From: a virus | Virus genome (UHGV): UHGV-1351569 | Length of the DNA: 64,000 nt | Direction: 5' to 3' (one strand) | Shown here: positions 1 to 8,845 of the stretch, one piece after another | Position numbering within the stretch: the stretch's first letter is position 1 | How the letters are laid out: each line of letters opens with the position of its first letter | Program-made: the position numbers and the translations under genes | The notes under the pieces: model-generated | The model's input: only the letters and a program-made list of their open reading frames with translations | What the model was told of the DNA's origin: nothing | Databases searched by the model: none

Positions 1-123
1 GAAAATATTGATAGGGCGTATAAAGGTTTACCTCCTATTCAACCCAAGAAATCGATTATCGTTGAATTTTTAAAAGCTCGTAAAGCTAAAGTATGTCCTG
101 TTATTGAATATAAGGCTGAATGA
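1..123 (+). CDS. 3' end of an upstream gene running off the window start (partial)
   Basis: Open frame from nt 1 to TGA at 121-123; stop overlaps the next ATG (ATGA junction). Confidence 0.4.
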   Translation, partial: ENIDRAYKGLPPIQPKKSIIVEFLKARKAKVCPVIEYKAE

Positions 124-1133
124 TGAAAACAGTAATGAAAAGCTATTTTGGTAGTCATCTTTATGGAACTTCTACCCCAGAATCTGATGTAGATTTTAAA
201 GAAATCTTTGTTCCTCCTGCTCGCGATATTCTTATCGGAAATGTCAAAGAGCATATGAGTAAAAACACTAACAACACATCATCTAAAAACACTAAAGATG
301 ATATTGACCATGAACTATACAGTCTTAAGTATTTCTTTAAATTAGCAGCAGATGGTGAAACCGTAGCATTGGATATGCTCCACACTCCACCTGAGCTAGT
401 GGTTAAATCTGATTTACCTGATGTATGGAAATTTATCCAAGACAATCGTTCACGGTTTTATACAACTAACATGAAATCCTATTTAGGATATGTCCGCAAG
501 CAAGCTTCTAAATACGGTGTCAAGGGTTCTCGTTTGGCCGCATTACGTGATGTATTGAAAGTAGTTAATCAAATCCCTGAGCAATGGGTTGATTACCAAG
601 AAGACGGCTCCATTAAGCAGCGTCGCACTAAAGTTGAAGATATTAAGCATCGTCTTCCAGAGAACGAATTCTGTGAATGGGTATTCCATAATCATGAGAA
701 AACAGGTCCACAAACGTTCTACACTGTGTTGGGTCGTAAATATCAAACAACGCTTTCTCTTATTGAGCTTAAGCAGTCACTGAATAAATTAGATGCTGAA
801 TACGGCGAACGTGCTCGTAAGGCTGAAGCGAATGAGGGCATCGACTGGAAAGCTCTGAGTCATGCTTGTCGTGGTGGACTCCAACTATTGGAAATTTACA
901 AAACTGGTGACTTAGTCTATCCACTTCAAGACGCTCCATTTATTCTCGACGTGAAGTTGGGTAAACATCCATTTAAAACTGTTCAAGAGTTTTTGGAAGA
1001 TGTGGTCGATCAAGTAGAAGCAGCATCCATTGAAGCTTCTAAGAACGGTATGCAGCAAAAAGTAGACATGGGTTTCTGGGATGACTTCCTTGAGAGGGTT
1101 TATCTTGAAAACCACCGAAGTTATTATAAATGA
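120..1133 (+). CDS. Nucleotidyltransferase-fold protein (Pol-beta superfamily motif), 337 aa, function unknown
   Basis: N-terminal GSHLYGTSTPESDVDF matches the G-S-x(9-13)-D-x-D minimal nucleotidyltransferase signature; hairpin terminator follows. Confidence 0.65.
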   Translation: MMKTVMKSYFGSHLYGTSTPESDVDFKEIFVPPARDILIGNVKEHMSKNTNNTSSKNTKDDIDHELYSLKYFFKLAADGETVALDMLHTPPELVVKSDLPDVWKFIQDNRSRFYTTNMKSYLGYVRKQASKYGVKGSRLAALRDVLKVVNQIPEQWVDYQEDGSIKQRRTKVEDIKHRLPENEFCEWVFHNHEKTGPQTFYTVLGRKYQTTLSLIELKQSLNKLDAEYGERARKAEANEGIDWKALSHACRGGLQLLEIYKTGDLVYPLQDAPFILDVKLGKHPFKTVQEFLEDVVDQVEAASIEASKNGMQQKVDMGFWDDFLERVYLENHRSYYK

Positions 1134-1135
1134 TA

Positions 1136-1159
1136 GGGAGCCTTCGGGCTCCCTTTTTT
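1136..1159 (+). terminator. Intrinsic terminator hairpin (GGGAGCC-TTCG-GGCTCCC) plus T6
   Basis: Perfect 7-bp GC stem, UUCG tetraloop, T-run. Confidence 0.7.
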
Positions 1160-1183
1160 ATTTCAAAATTTTTTCACAAAACG

Positions 1184-1213
1184 GTTTACAAGCATAAAGC
1201 TTTATGGTACTAT
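1184..1213 (+). promoter_or_regulatory. T4-type early promoter (GTTTAC ... TGGTACTAT), cassette copy A
   Basis: GTTTACA -35, about 17 bp spacer, extended -10 TGGTACTAT; preceded by AT-rich TTTTTTCACAAAAC UP-like element. Confidence 0.6.
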
Positions 1214-1247
1214 ACAACTATCAACTGATACGGATTTGGAGAATAAA

Positions 1248-1994
1248 ATGAAAACTGTAACTATCAATAAGGGTATCTACTTCGGTAAAGAAATCTCTGG
1301 AACTTTTGAGCTCTTAGGCGAATGGTTCCCAGATAATGCTCCGGTAGATGCACAAGGAGATGGTAAAGTTTTTGTTGAAATTGACGGTAAACGTCGCGGT
1401 GTTTGGGTTTACAAATCAGATATTTCATATGATGGTGTAAAAGTTGAAGAAGTTAAAGAATCGTATGAAGATATGAAAACCCGCATTAATAAAAGATTTA
1501 ATGTTATGGGAATGATGACGAATGGTATTATTAATGGAAATATTCGTTCATTGATTATCTCTGGTGCAGCAGGTATTGGTAAAACGTATTCTTTAGATAA
1601 AGCTTTAAATAAAGCAAATGATATTGGATACATTGAATATAAAAGCATTAATGGTAAAATCTCTGGTATTGGTCTTTATGAGCAGCTTTGGAATAATCGT
1701 GAAGAGAATTCTGTCCTTTTGATTGATGATGTGGATGTTTTCTCTGATATGGACATTCTTAATCTTCTAAAAGCTGCTCTGGACACTGGAGAGACCCGTA
1801 AAGTCTGCTGGAGCACGGCGTCTTCTTACTTAGAAGAAAAAGGCATTGAGCGTGAGTTTGAATTTAAAGGAACGATTGTTTTTATCACAAACGTTGACAT
1901 TGACCGCGAATTAGACCGTGGTACTAAACTTGCCCCCACACTTACAAGCATTAGTGTCCCGCTCGGTTTATTTGGATTTAGGCGTTCACACTAA
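1248..1994 (+). CDS. P-loop ATPase, N-terminal part (Walker A GAAGIGKT, Walker B LLIDDVD); frame ends shortly after a C5 run
   Basis: ORF track 1236..1994 with ATG at 1248 behind a GGAG RBS; Walker motifs read directly from the translation. Confidence 0.65.
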   Translation: MKTVTINKGIYFGKEISGTFELLGEWFPDNAPVDAQGDGKVFVEIDGKRRGVWVYKSDISYDGVKVEEVKESYEDMKTRINKRFNVMGMMTNGIINGNIRSLIISGAAGIGKTYSLDKALNKANDIGYIEYKSINGKISGIGLYEQLWNNREENSVLLIDDVDVFSDMDILNLLKAALDTGETRKVCWSTASSYLEEKGIEREFEFKGTIVFITNVDIDRELDRGTKLAPTLTSISVPLGLFGFRRSH

Positions 1995-2217
1995 TGAAGA
2001 AATTATGGTCAGGGTTGAAGATGTTATTCTTTCAACTGACATGATGCAAAAGCGCGGTCTTTCTGATGAAGAAACTTATAAAGCATTATCATGGATGAAA
2101 GTTAATGTTAATCGTTTACGCAATGTTTCACTGCGTACTGCTCTTTATCTTGCTGACTTTATTATGACCGACAAAAACGGTTGGGAAGAAATTGCTGAGG
2201 TTACTCTTCTGAAATAA
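1918..2217 (+). CDS. Probable C-terminal continuation of the ATPase in the +1 frame (frameshifted gene or pseudogene)
   Basis: 99-codon open frame overlapping the 3' end of the previous ORF, no separate ATG or RBS; frames switch around CCCCC at about 1933-1937. Confidence 0.45.
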   Translation: MVLNLPPHLQALVSRSVYLDLGVHTNEEIMVRVEDVILSTDMMQKRGLSDEETYKALSWMKVNVNRLRNVSLRTALYLADFIMTDKNGWEEIAEVTLLK

Positions 2218-2306
2218 TTCATAAGAGGACTTCTATGACAAAAAGGCAGTTCAGAAATAGATTATATGGACTGCCATTAAAAAGATGACTAGAATTAAAC
2301 TGGTGA

Positions 2307-2621
2307 ATGGAGGTAATGATGTTATACTCAAAGGCTCGTGAAATTTACGAAACTAAAATTAAAGAAGCAGTATTTCAGTTCGCAACAACGATGCGATGGA
2401 CAAATGATTGGGAGTATTCAAAAAATCATAAGAAGCCCATGGTGACAAGAAAGGCTCATATGTTAGTGTTAATAGACCGTGAGCAGATTAAAGCCCGAGA
2501 AGCCCTCCAGAATCATAAAAAGGCTGCCTTTGAATGGTTTATGGATAACACTGCTCCTGAGACTAAGAAAGCAGTGAGCGCCTGGTTCAGTGGAAAAAAT
2601 TGTGAAAGAAGTTTCTTTTAG
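2307..2621 (+). CDS. Hypothetical early protein (about 101-104 aa)
   Basis: ORF track; GGAGG RBS upstream of in-frame ATGs at 2316/2319. Confidence 0.55.
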   Translation: MEVMMLYSKAREIYETKIKEAVFQFATTMRWTNDWEYSKNHKKPMVTRKAHMLVLIDREQIKAREALQNHKKAAFEWFMDNTAPETKKAVSAWFSGKNCERSFF

Positions 2622-2623
2622 TG

Positions 2624-2653
2624 GTTTACAAGACTGTTCCTCTGTGGTACTAT
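2624..2653 (+). promoter_or_regulatory. T4-type early promoter, cassette copy D
   Basis: GTTTACA, spacer, TGGTACTAT; identical leader ...ATCAACTACGGAGGAACAGAAAATG. Confidence 0.6.
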
Positions 2654-2681
2654 ACAACTATCAACTACGGAGGAACAGAAA

Positions 2682-3209
2682 ATGAACGCTAAAGATATTT
2701 TCAACTTGGTAAATTACAACGATGGTAAATTTAAATCTGAAGCACAAAGCAAGTTCTTTAACGACATCTCAATCGGAGGTGAAATTACTGTTGATGGAGG
2801 ACAAATTTACAAATCCCGTTGGAATTGGATCGTTATTATCGATGAGATTGGTATTGTAGAAATTTACAAGAATACGAATAAAAATCGTACATTACACTGG
2901 TCTCGTGATACTAATGAACAGTACAAAAAGGATAAAGCATCTAAATTATCTCGTGTAACTCAAGAAGATATTGAGTTCATCAAGAAAGATATTTTAATGT
3001 ATGATAACTTAATTGCTGAAGAGCAAGCTGTTATTGATAAATTTGACGAGATTAAAGCTTCTCGTGAAATTCCTGATTTTATGAAAGAATCAGTAAATGA
3101 ACGATACTCTCTCATTTCAGAGCGTATTGAAACTTACAAAAAGCAAAGAGCTGAACGCCAAAATACTCTTCGGAAGTTTGAAGAACGGTTAAAGACGGTA
3201 CTCGCATAA
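2682..3209 (+). CDS. Hypothetical protein, 175 aa
   Basis: ORF track; GGAGG RBS 7 nt upstream of ATG. Confidence 0.65.
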   Translation: MNAKDIFNLVNYNDGKFKSEAQSKFFNDISIGGEITVDGGQIYKSRWNWIVIIDEIGIVEIYKNTNKNRTLHWSRDTNEQYKKDKASKLSRVTQEDIEFIKKDILMYDNLIAEEQAVIDKFDEIKASREIPDFMKESVNERYSLISERIETYKKQRAERQNTLRKFEERLKTVLA

Positions 3210-3264
3210 CCGCTTTATACCAAGGATGGTATAATGGTTCTAAGCCCTTTTAATTGAGATTGTT

Positions 3265-3669
3265 ATGAAACAGTTGATAATTAAAAGATTGAATTTATTG
3301 ATATGTTGTTTATGTATAGTAATTGCATATGGTTATTACGCAATTAATGATTATATGCATTATAAAGATTATGATGTTACTGTAGTTAATACCTTTACAG
3401 GAACTCAAGGAAAGGGGTCTAGTTTATCGTTTATTGCTGTATATGAACTCAAAGACGGTTATAGATTTAGCGAATATATTTCACCAGAGATGTATTCATC
3501 AATAGAAAAAGGCGATAATATTACTGTAAGTTTACGTCCTTTCGACGTAAAACAGACATTGTTTGATAATATTGTTTGGTTCTTTGGAATGGTATTAGTT
3601 CAATCTGTATGCGGTGCTTATATAGTCTTTTCCATCATATTCTGCATATTTAGTAAAATTGAAAATTGA
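3265..3669 (+). CDS. Hypothetical membrane protein, 134 aa (N- and C-terminal hydrophobic segments)
   Basis: ORF track; hydrophobic stretches LLICCLCIVIAYGYYAI and IVWFFGMVLVQSVCGAYIVFSIIFCIF. Confidence 0.6.
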   Translation: MKQLIIKRLNLLICCLCIVIAYGYYAINDYMHYKDYDVTVVNTFTGTQGKGSSLSFIAVYELKDGYRFSEYISPEMYSSIEKGDNITVSLRPFDVKQTLFDNIVWFFGMVLVQSVCGAYIVFSIIFCIFSKIEN

Positions 3670-3680
3670 GTGAGGAAAAT

Positions 3681-4568
3681 ATGTCAGTAGTAATTAATAA
3701 TGTCAATGCAGTAATTAAATCTTTAGTTAATAAAAAATTGAATGAATGGACTGTACTTCGTCGTGGAGAGCCAGATAAATTTTTTCATAGATTTAACCCA
3801 ACTTTGGATTTGAATGTTATTGACAGAGATGTTCATGCTGAAATTTTAGATAAATTTAAAGTTGATATTGGGTTTGGATTAGATAAACATTTACAACGAA
3901 CAAACGGGTCTGGAATGGGTTTATCTAATCGCATCATGAAAGCCCTTAATAAAATTGGAGCGTTGTCTCGTATTAATGCGAGTGAAATCCTTCGTAATTA
4001 TAATAAAGGATATGACCTTTATGGTCGACTAATGCCAAAATTATCATTCGATCAAATGATTGCGGATTTGTGGGAAAATCAACGACGATTATTAGCATTG
4101 GGAGCTCGATTAGCTAAAGGTCTAGATAAACAAATGATTTTTAAGACCAATAATACAGAAGACCTTAAATGCTTTAAATTTAGTATTCGTGGCGATGATT
4201 ATTACATCAGAACTCGCTCCACAGATTATGTCAATATGGGCCATCATCTCTGTTTAGCTTTTGAAGTTTTAAAAGAAGCTGGAACATTAGAATATACGTC
4301 TGGTACTAAATGCCCGATTGGTTCAAATTGTATTTTGATTTATCGCCCGGATGAATCCAGTTCAACTAAATTGCCTACGAAACCTGTACCAGTTCGTAGT
4401 AATGAAAAACATTCTGAACAAATTGATTATTTTAATAAGCAAATTGAAGAGCTGAATATTTCTATTCAACAGTATGACGATGAAATTTTCAGACTATCTG
4501 GATTGAGTAGTAAAGCTAAATCTGAGCGTGAAAAGTTAATTAAAATTGTCGATTTACTTAAATCTTAA
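3681..4568 (+). CDS. Member 1 of a tandem array of proteins with a C-terminal coiled-coil tail (295 aa)
   Basis: ORF track 3666..4568; start moved to ATG 3681 behind TGAGGAAAAT; C-terminal heptad-like segment QIEELNISIQQYDDEIFRL...EREKLIKIVDLLKS. Confidence 0.65.
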   Translation: MSVVINNVNAVIKSLVNKKLNEWTVLRRGEPDKFFHRFNPTLDLNVIDRDVHAEILDKFKVDIGFGLDKHLQRTNGSGMGLSNRIMKALNKIGALSRINASEILRNYNKGYDLYGRLMPKLSFDQMIADLWENQRRLLALGARLAKGLDKQMIFKTNNTEDLKCFKFSIRGDDYYIRTRSTDYVNMGHHLCLAFEVLKEAGTLEYTSGTKCPIGSNCILIYRPDESSSTKLPTKPVPVRSNEKHSEQIDYFNKQIEELNISIQQYDDEIFRLSGLSSKAKSEREKLIKIVDLLKS

Positions 4569-4576
4569 GGAACACC

Positions 4577-5605
4577 ATGAAAACTCGTTCTCAAATTGAA
4601 GATATGGTTCGTAACGCCAGCTATACTCGTGATGTTATGACATTTTTGTGCCAAAATAATTTAGACCCTGATAAAGTTAATCGTGTTATTCATCACTTTA
4701 AGTATACGAATAGCAGTGAATGGGTGCGTAATTTTAGTAAAGCGGGGTATATTACACAAATGACTGCTCGTGAGCAGCTCACCGATTTCTGTAAAACTAT
4801 TGATTATAAAAATCCTCTATTTGTTCAAGGCGTTGGTCAAAGTAAGGTCGATTTATCAACAGGATTTTTTAATCCAAATCATTATCGTATTGAATGGAGA
4901 TTTATTGCTCTATTCCGTAAACAATTAAAGCAAATTTTGTCTACTGCTAGTCGATTAAAAGGTTCTGATATTAACTTAAAGAATCTGAAATTTGATGGTT
5001 ATACTCTTCAGATGGAAGTAAGACCATTAAAAGAAAATAACAGAACTGCACGAATTAGCTTTAAACCTAATACAAAAAATTCTCTTTCAATTTGCGAATG
5101 CCTTAAATCGCAGTTGACAGAAGCATTTAAGTATATGGATGTTGTTGCTGCTGTTCAGTCTAAGATTTCACAACATTTCGAACGATTTAAATTAGACACA
5201 ACAACATATGAACTTGATATGATCGTTTCATTTAAATATGAATTTTTGAGAAAGGACGAAGTTACACAAGAGAAAAAGCAAGAAGTGCAAGATAACTTAA
5301 ATTTAAATTTATCCAATTACTCATCAAACGATCCTAAATTTTGGATGTATAGTTCAGGTAATAAGGATGCATGGAAATTCAATAAAGTGAATTTTCTTCC
5401 TGTTGAAAATCCGAGTCTTAAACCTGTTGAAAAATGGCATGCAGATGCGATTGAGAAGTCTATCAAGGCAGTAGATGATGAACTCGTTAAAGCAACTAAT
5501 GAAGTGCTAGAAGCTGAAAAGATGCTAGAAAAAGCTCAAGAAAAAGTCAAAAATCTCACGAAGCAACGTTCTAAACTGAACAATGCACTAAATGCACTGA
5601 ACTAG
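4577..5605 (+). CDS. Member 2 of the coiled-coil-tailed array (342 aa)
   Basis: ORF track; C-terminal coiled-coil-like tail ...LEAEKMLEKAQEKVKNLTKQRSKLNNALNALN. Confidence 0.65.
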   Translation: MKTRSQIEDMVRNASYTRDVMTFLCQNNLDPDKVNRVIHHFKYTNSSEWVRNFSKAGYITQMTAREQLTDFCKTIDYKNPLFVQGVGQSKVDLSTGFFNPNHYRIEWRFIALFRKQLKQILSTASRLKGSDINLKNLKFDGYTLQMEVRPLKENNRTARISFKPNTKNSLSICECLKSQLTEAFKYMDVVAAVQSKISQHFERFKLDTTTYELDMIVSFKYEFLRKDEVTQEKKQEVQDNLNLNLSNYSSNDPKFWMYSSGNKDAWKFNKVNFLPVENPSLKPVEKWHADAIEKSIKAVDDELVKATNEVLEAEKMLEKAQEKVKNLTKQRSKLNNALNALN

Positions 5606-5634
5606 TTTACTTTACCACAGGGATGTGGTATAAT
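5605..5634 (+). promoter_or_regulatory. T4-type early promoter (GTTTAC ... TGGTATAAT)
   Basis: Consensus -35 GTTTAC and extended -10 TGGTATAAT with 17-bp spacing, starting right after the preceding stop codon. Confidence 0.65.
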
Positions 5635-5662
5635 GTTCTTACTTTCTACTGAGGAGATTAAT

Positions 5663-6664
5663 ATGACTCGTAACGAATATATCAAATCATTCAATAGCGT
5701 TATTGATGATAAAGCTATACCGATGTTTGGCCAAAATAGCGTTCTTTCTATTATCAATCAATGGCTCAATAGTGTTGATGCAAGTATTGTTTCTTCTACT
5801 AAATTTATTCATGAAATTCGTAAAATTTCTAGCCGTGTAGATAAAGATGTTATCAAGAAAACCTTTAAAGAGTCTCGTCTTCTTTCATATTTGGTTAATC
5901 GGGATATTCTTGGTAATTTTGGGAAAGAAATTAAACGAACCAAAGATGTAGTAGGATATAATTGGTTCGGTGATGTTAATTCTTATCATCTTAATAATAA
6001 AGAAGACCCTGAGAATATTTTTACTCGTCGTTGGATTAGTAATTTCAGACTTTTCAAAGGACAGATTCTAAAATCAGCTTCTAAATTATGTTATGGCGAT
6101 TATCGTCAAATTCATCCTTTGGCTTCTGATATGATTATCATAAAAGAATATGAACTTGATAAAAATAAAGTATCTATTTTTGTGAATTATGGATTTTTTA
6201 CACCAGAAACTAACCAAAAGAATATTAATAAATTTTTCTCAATTGCTAGCACTATAACTCGTCAATTAGAGACCGCATTACTTTGTATGGAAACAGTAGA
6301 AAATATTCATACATATCCTTTTAAGAATATATGCGGATGGGAAGGATATAAAATTGTAATTAGTCTTCGTGAAGTGAAATGTGCTTATTCACCTACTGAT
6401 AAAGAAATTTATCAACAAAAATGTGAGGAAATTGTGAATACTCCTAAAGAAGAAACTACCCTTGAGGAACTAATGGAATGTCTTGATGATTCACCTGAAC
6501 CGGTAGAAATTCGTCCAGAAGTTATTGCATTAGAAAAAGCTTATAAAGAAGTTCTAGAAATTTCTAATAAAGCGCAGAAAGAATATGAGCAGGCTAAAAG
6601 GATTTGGGAAGAATCTGTTAATCGTCTTGATCGTCTGGAACAAGCTTTACAGTTAATTAAGTAA
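5663..6664 (+). CDS. Member 3 of the coiled-coil-tailed array (333 aa)
   Basis: ORF track 5633..6664; the 5633 ATG lies inside the promoter -10, so start moved to ATG 5663 behind GAGGAG; C-terminal tail ...QKEYEQAKRIWEESVNRLDRLEQALQLIK. Confidence 0.65.
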   Translation: MTRNEYIKSFNSVIDDKAIPMFGQNSVLSIINQWLNSVDASIVSSTKFIHEIRKISSRVDKDVIKKTFKESRLLSYLVNRDILGNFGKEIKRTKDVVGYNWFGDVNSYHLNNKEDPENIFTRRWISNFRLFKGQILKSASKLCYGDYRQIHPLASDMIIIKEYELDKNKVSIFVNYGFFTPETNQKNINKFFSIASTITRQLETALLCMETVENIHTYPFKNICGWEGYKIVISLREVKCAYSPTDKEIYQQKCEEIVNTPKEETTLEELMECLDDSPEPVEIRPEVIALEKAYKEVLEISNKAQKEYEQAKRIWEESVNRLDRLEQALQLIK

Positions 6665-6716
6665 TTTAAAGCCAAGGATGGCTCGGAGTATAAACTATTA
6701 ACCAAGTGAGAAGAAC

Positions 6717-7643
6717 ATGAAAACTCGTAAACATTATATTGATTATTTTGACAGTCTTATTACTAAACATCGTAATTATCAGATAGGACACAGAGCAGTA
6801 ATCAATAATATTCTTCGTGATTTTTTAGACTATATTGGATGGGAAAACCATATTTGTAAAGATACACAAAATGCGTATTCACATTCTCTTGGTTCTTTGC
6901 TCGAGTGGTTCAAACGTTCCCGATTACTATCTTCTGTGATAGCTGTTAATAATGTTAAAAAATTTATGTATCCAAGCTACATTGAGACTAATGTATCAAA
7001 TGCTAGTGTTGTTACATTTAATATTATTAACGACGTGAAAAGAACTTATTTAGAAGAATGGTTTTCTAAAGATAGTAAAGAAAAATTTGCCAGTGAGTTT
7101 TCACACGAATTTAATAATAATGTGAATATGCTTTTTAAGCATTCTCGTAGACTGTTTTGTCATGGCGATGACCGTACTATTAATGTAAATGTAAAAGATT
7201 GGGTTACGGCTAAATTCATTCCATCATCACAGAATGGACCATTTGAATTGTCAATTATTGTTTGTGCTCCGCATGAAATATATAAAAATATTCCATATAT
7301 GAAACCATGTGAAGCTAATAAACATAATAAAACGATTCGTTCTTTGACTTATAATCTTCGTACGTTATTGTCTAAAATGGACGTAGTTGAATCCTTTGAT
7401 GATAATACGAATTATGGTCTTTCACTATTTGAAACTAAAGTTGTTATTAAGTTAAAGGACCCTAGTAAATTTAAACCTACGCCAAAGCCCAATCGTGGGA
7501 ATGATACTATGAAAGAAGAACGCGAATATCTCAGTGCTCGTTTGATTGAAGTTGAAAAACAGATTGAAGAGCATACTAAAGTTATTAAGGCTTTAACTGC
7601 CAAAGCAAATGGTTTACGTGATGCTATTGAGGTACTGAAATGA
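6717..7643 (+). CDS. Member 4 of the coiled-coil-tailed array (308 aa)
   Basis: ORF track; C-terminal tail ...[42 protein letters not shown]. Confidence 0.65.
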   Translation: MKTRKHYIDYFDSLITKHRNYQIGHRAVINNILRDFLDYIGWENHICKDTQNAYSHSLGSLLEWFKRSRLLSSVIAVNNVKKFMYPSYIETNVSNASVVTFNIINDVKRTYLEEWFSKDSKEKFASEFSHEFNNNVNMLFKHSRRLFCHGDDRTINVNVKDWVTAKFIPSSQNGPFELSIIVCAPHEIYKNIPYMKPCEANKHNKTIRSLTYNLRTLLSKMDVVESFDDNTNYGLSLFETKVVIKLKDPSKFKPTPKPNRGNDTMKEEREYLSARLIEVEKQIEEHTKVIKALTAKANGLRDAIEVLK

Positions 7644-7957
7644 AAAAGCGTTTATTAGAAGATATTGCAGCTTCAAGTAATTCCAGTCTAATTAAAATTA
7701 TTATGGCTGGTGAAGAAGACGATCTGGAAATGCGTGGAAAGATTCATGGTTGTGACGATTTAGATTTTAAACCTCCAGCTTGGGATGCCATTATGGCTAT
7801 GGTTGAACGTCGCGAAAGGGCTTCTAAAAGCGTTCCTAATTGTCCTGAATGCGGTACTGAACAGGTTCAATTAGTCCATTGGCAGACTAGTAATCTTCGT
7901 TATAAATGCCGTCATTGCAAACACCGATTTAACCGAGAAGAAAATGACCAAGCGTAA
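7640..7957 (+). CDS. Hypothetical protein with C-terminal zinc-ribbon (CPECG...CRHCKH), 105 aa
   Basis: ORF track; ATGA overlap with upstream stop; two CxxC pairs. Confidence 0.6.
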   Translation: MKKRLLEDIAASSNSSLIKIIMAGEEDDLEMRGKIHGCDDLDFKPPAWDAIMAMVERRERASKSVPNCPECGTEQVQLVHWQTSNLRYKCRHCKHRFNREENDQA

Positions 7958-8171
7958 AGAATATATGGAGATTGCTGAAAAGGCAGTACGTGAATTAGCA
8001 ATAGCATATTATAATGAACATGGTAAATTTCCTGATAGATACAGCGTGCTTAAATCTGCTTTAACTCGTTCATATAAAAATATGCTATCAGAAGTAAGTG
8101 ATATTATTACAAACATAAAGAACAAACGGGCCAAAGTCTTGATTACGACGAGACTTTTAAACAAGTACTAG
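7944..8171 (+). CDS. Hypothetical protein, 75 aa
   Basis: ORF track; overlaps upstream gene end. Confidence 0.5.
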   Translation: MTKRKEYMEIAEKAVRELAIAYYNEHGKFPDRYSVLKSALTRSYKNMLSEVSDIITNIKNKRAKVLITTRLLNKY

Positions 8172-8186
8172 GAATTAAGGAATAAT

Positions 8187-8450
8187 ATGTTTAAAGTATA
8201 TGGTTATGATAGCAACATCCATAAATGTGTGTATTGCGATAATGCAAAACGTCTTTTGACTGTGAAGAAACAGCCGTTTGAATTTATCAATATTATGCCG
8301 GAAAAAGGTGTTTTTGATGATGAGAAAATCGCTGAGCTTCTGACGAAACTAGGTCGTGATACTCAAATTGGTTTGACAATGCCACAAGTATTTGCTCCTG
8401 ATGGAAGTCATATTGGCGGATTTGACCAATTGCGGGAATACTTTAAATGA
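8187..8450 (+). CDS. nrdC: Glutaredoxin/thioredoxin NrdC (87 aa)
   Basis: Sequence MFKVYGYDSNIHKCVYCDNAKRLL... with CVYC active site matches recalled T4 NrdC; length 87 aa. Confidence 0.9.
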   Translation: MFKVYGYDSNIHKCVYCDNAKRLLTVKKQPFEFINIMPEKGVFDDEKIAELLTKLGRDTQIGLTMPQVFAPDGSHIGGFDQLREYFK

Positions 8451-8662
8451 TGCTCGAAGGAACTGATTATATCCATGACTACCGCGGAAGCGCGGTATAT
8501 GTAGGTGATGAGGTTGCAGTTTATTACGGGTATGGAACTTTGATGACAGCAAAGGTTATTCAAATTAAAAATAACCGTGCTAAACTCGAAGTTTATTATT
8601 CTAATGGTGAAAAGTCTATTTCTAAGTGGAAATACGGCGATTGCATGGTCAAACTGGGGTAA
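8447..8662 (+). CDS. Hypothetical protein, 71 aa
   Basis: ORF track; ATGA overlap with nrdC stop. Confidence 0.5.
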   Translation: MMLEGTDYIHDYRGSAVYVGDEVAVYYGYGTLMTAKVIQIKNNRAKLEVYYSNGEKSISKWKYGDCMVKLG

Positions 8663-8664
8663 AT

Positions 8665-8835
8665 ATGATTTACGATATTAATGTAGCAAGAGCTCCGTCA
8701 ATGGTTACTATTCCAGCTGAAGAATTAGATCGTCTTCAGAAAATTGAAGAGCTTCTTTGGGAAATTGAATCTGATTTGCCATCAGGACTAGAATCCTGGA
8801 TTGATTATGAAGAACTTAATAAATTGCGAAATTAA
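8665..8835 (+). CDS. Hypothetical small protein (about 56 aa)
   Basis: ORF track 8626..8835; in-frame ATG at 8665 right after the upstream stop. Confidence 0.4.
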   Translation: MIYDINVARAPSMVTIPAEELDRLQKIEELLWEIESDLPSGLESWIDYEELNKLRN

Positions 8836-8845
8836 TTGGTGAAAA

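Noticed and set aside
161-1115. Several - strand ORFs (94, 67 and 67 aa) inside the nucleotidyltransferase-fold gene
   Set aside because: Antisense to a longer, motif-bearing + strand gene; no RBS; typical AT-rich antisense noise.
5633-5662. ATG at 5633 as the start of the 343-aa ORF
   Set aside because: This ATG lies inside the -10 element of the early promoter, so it would not be on the transcript; the downstream ATG 5663 has a GAGGAG RBS.
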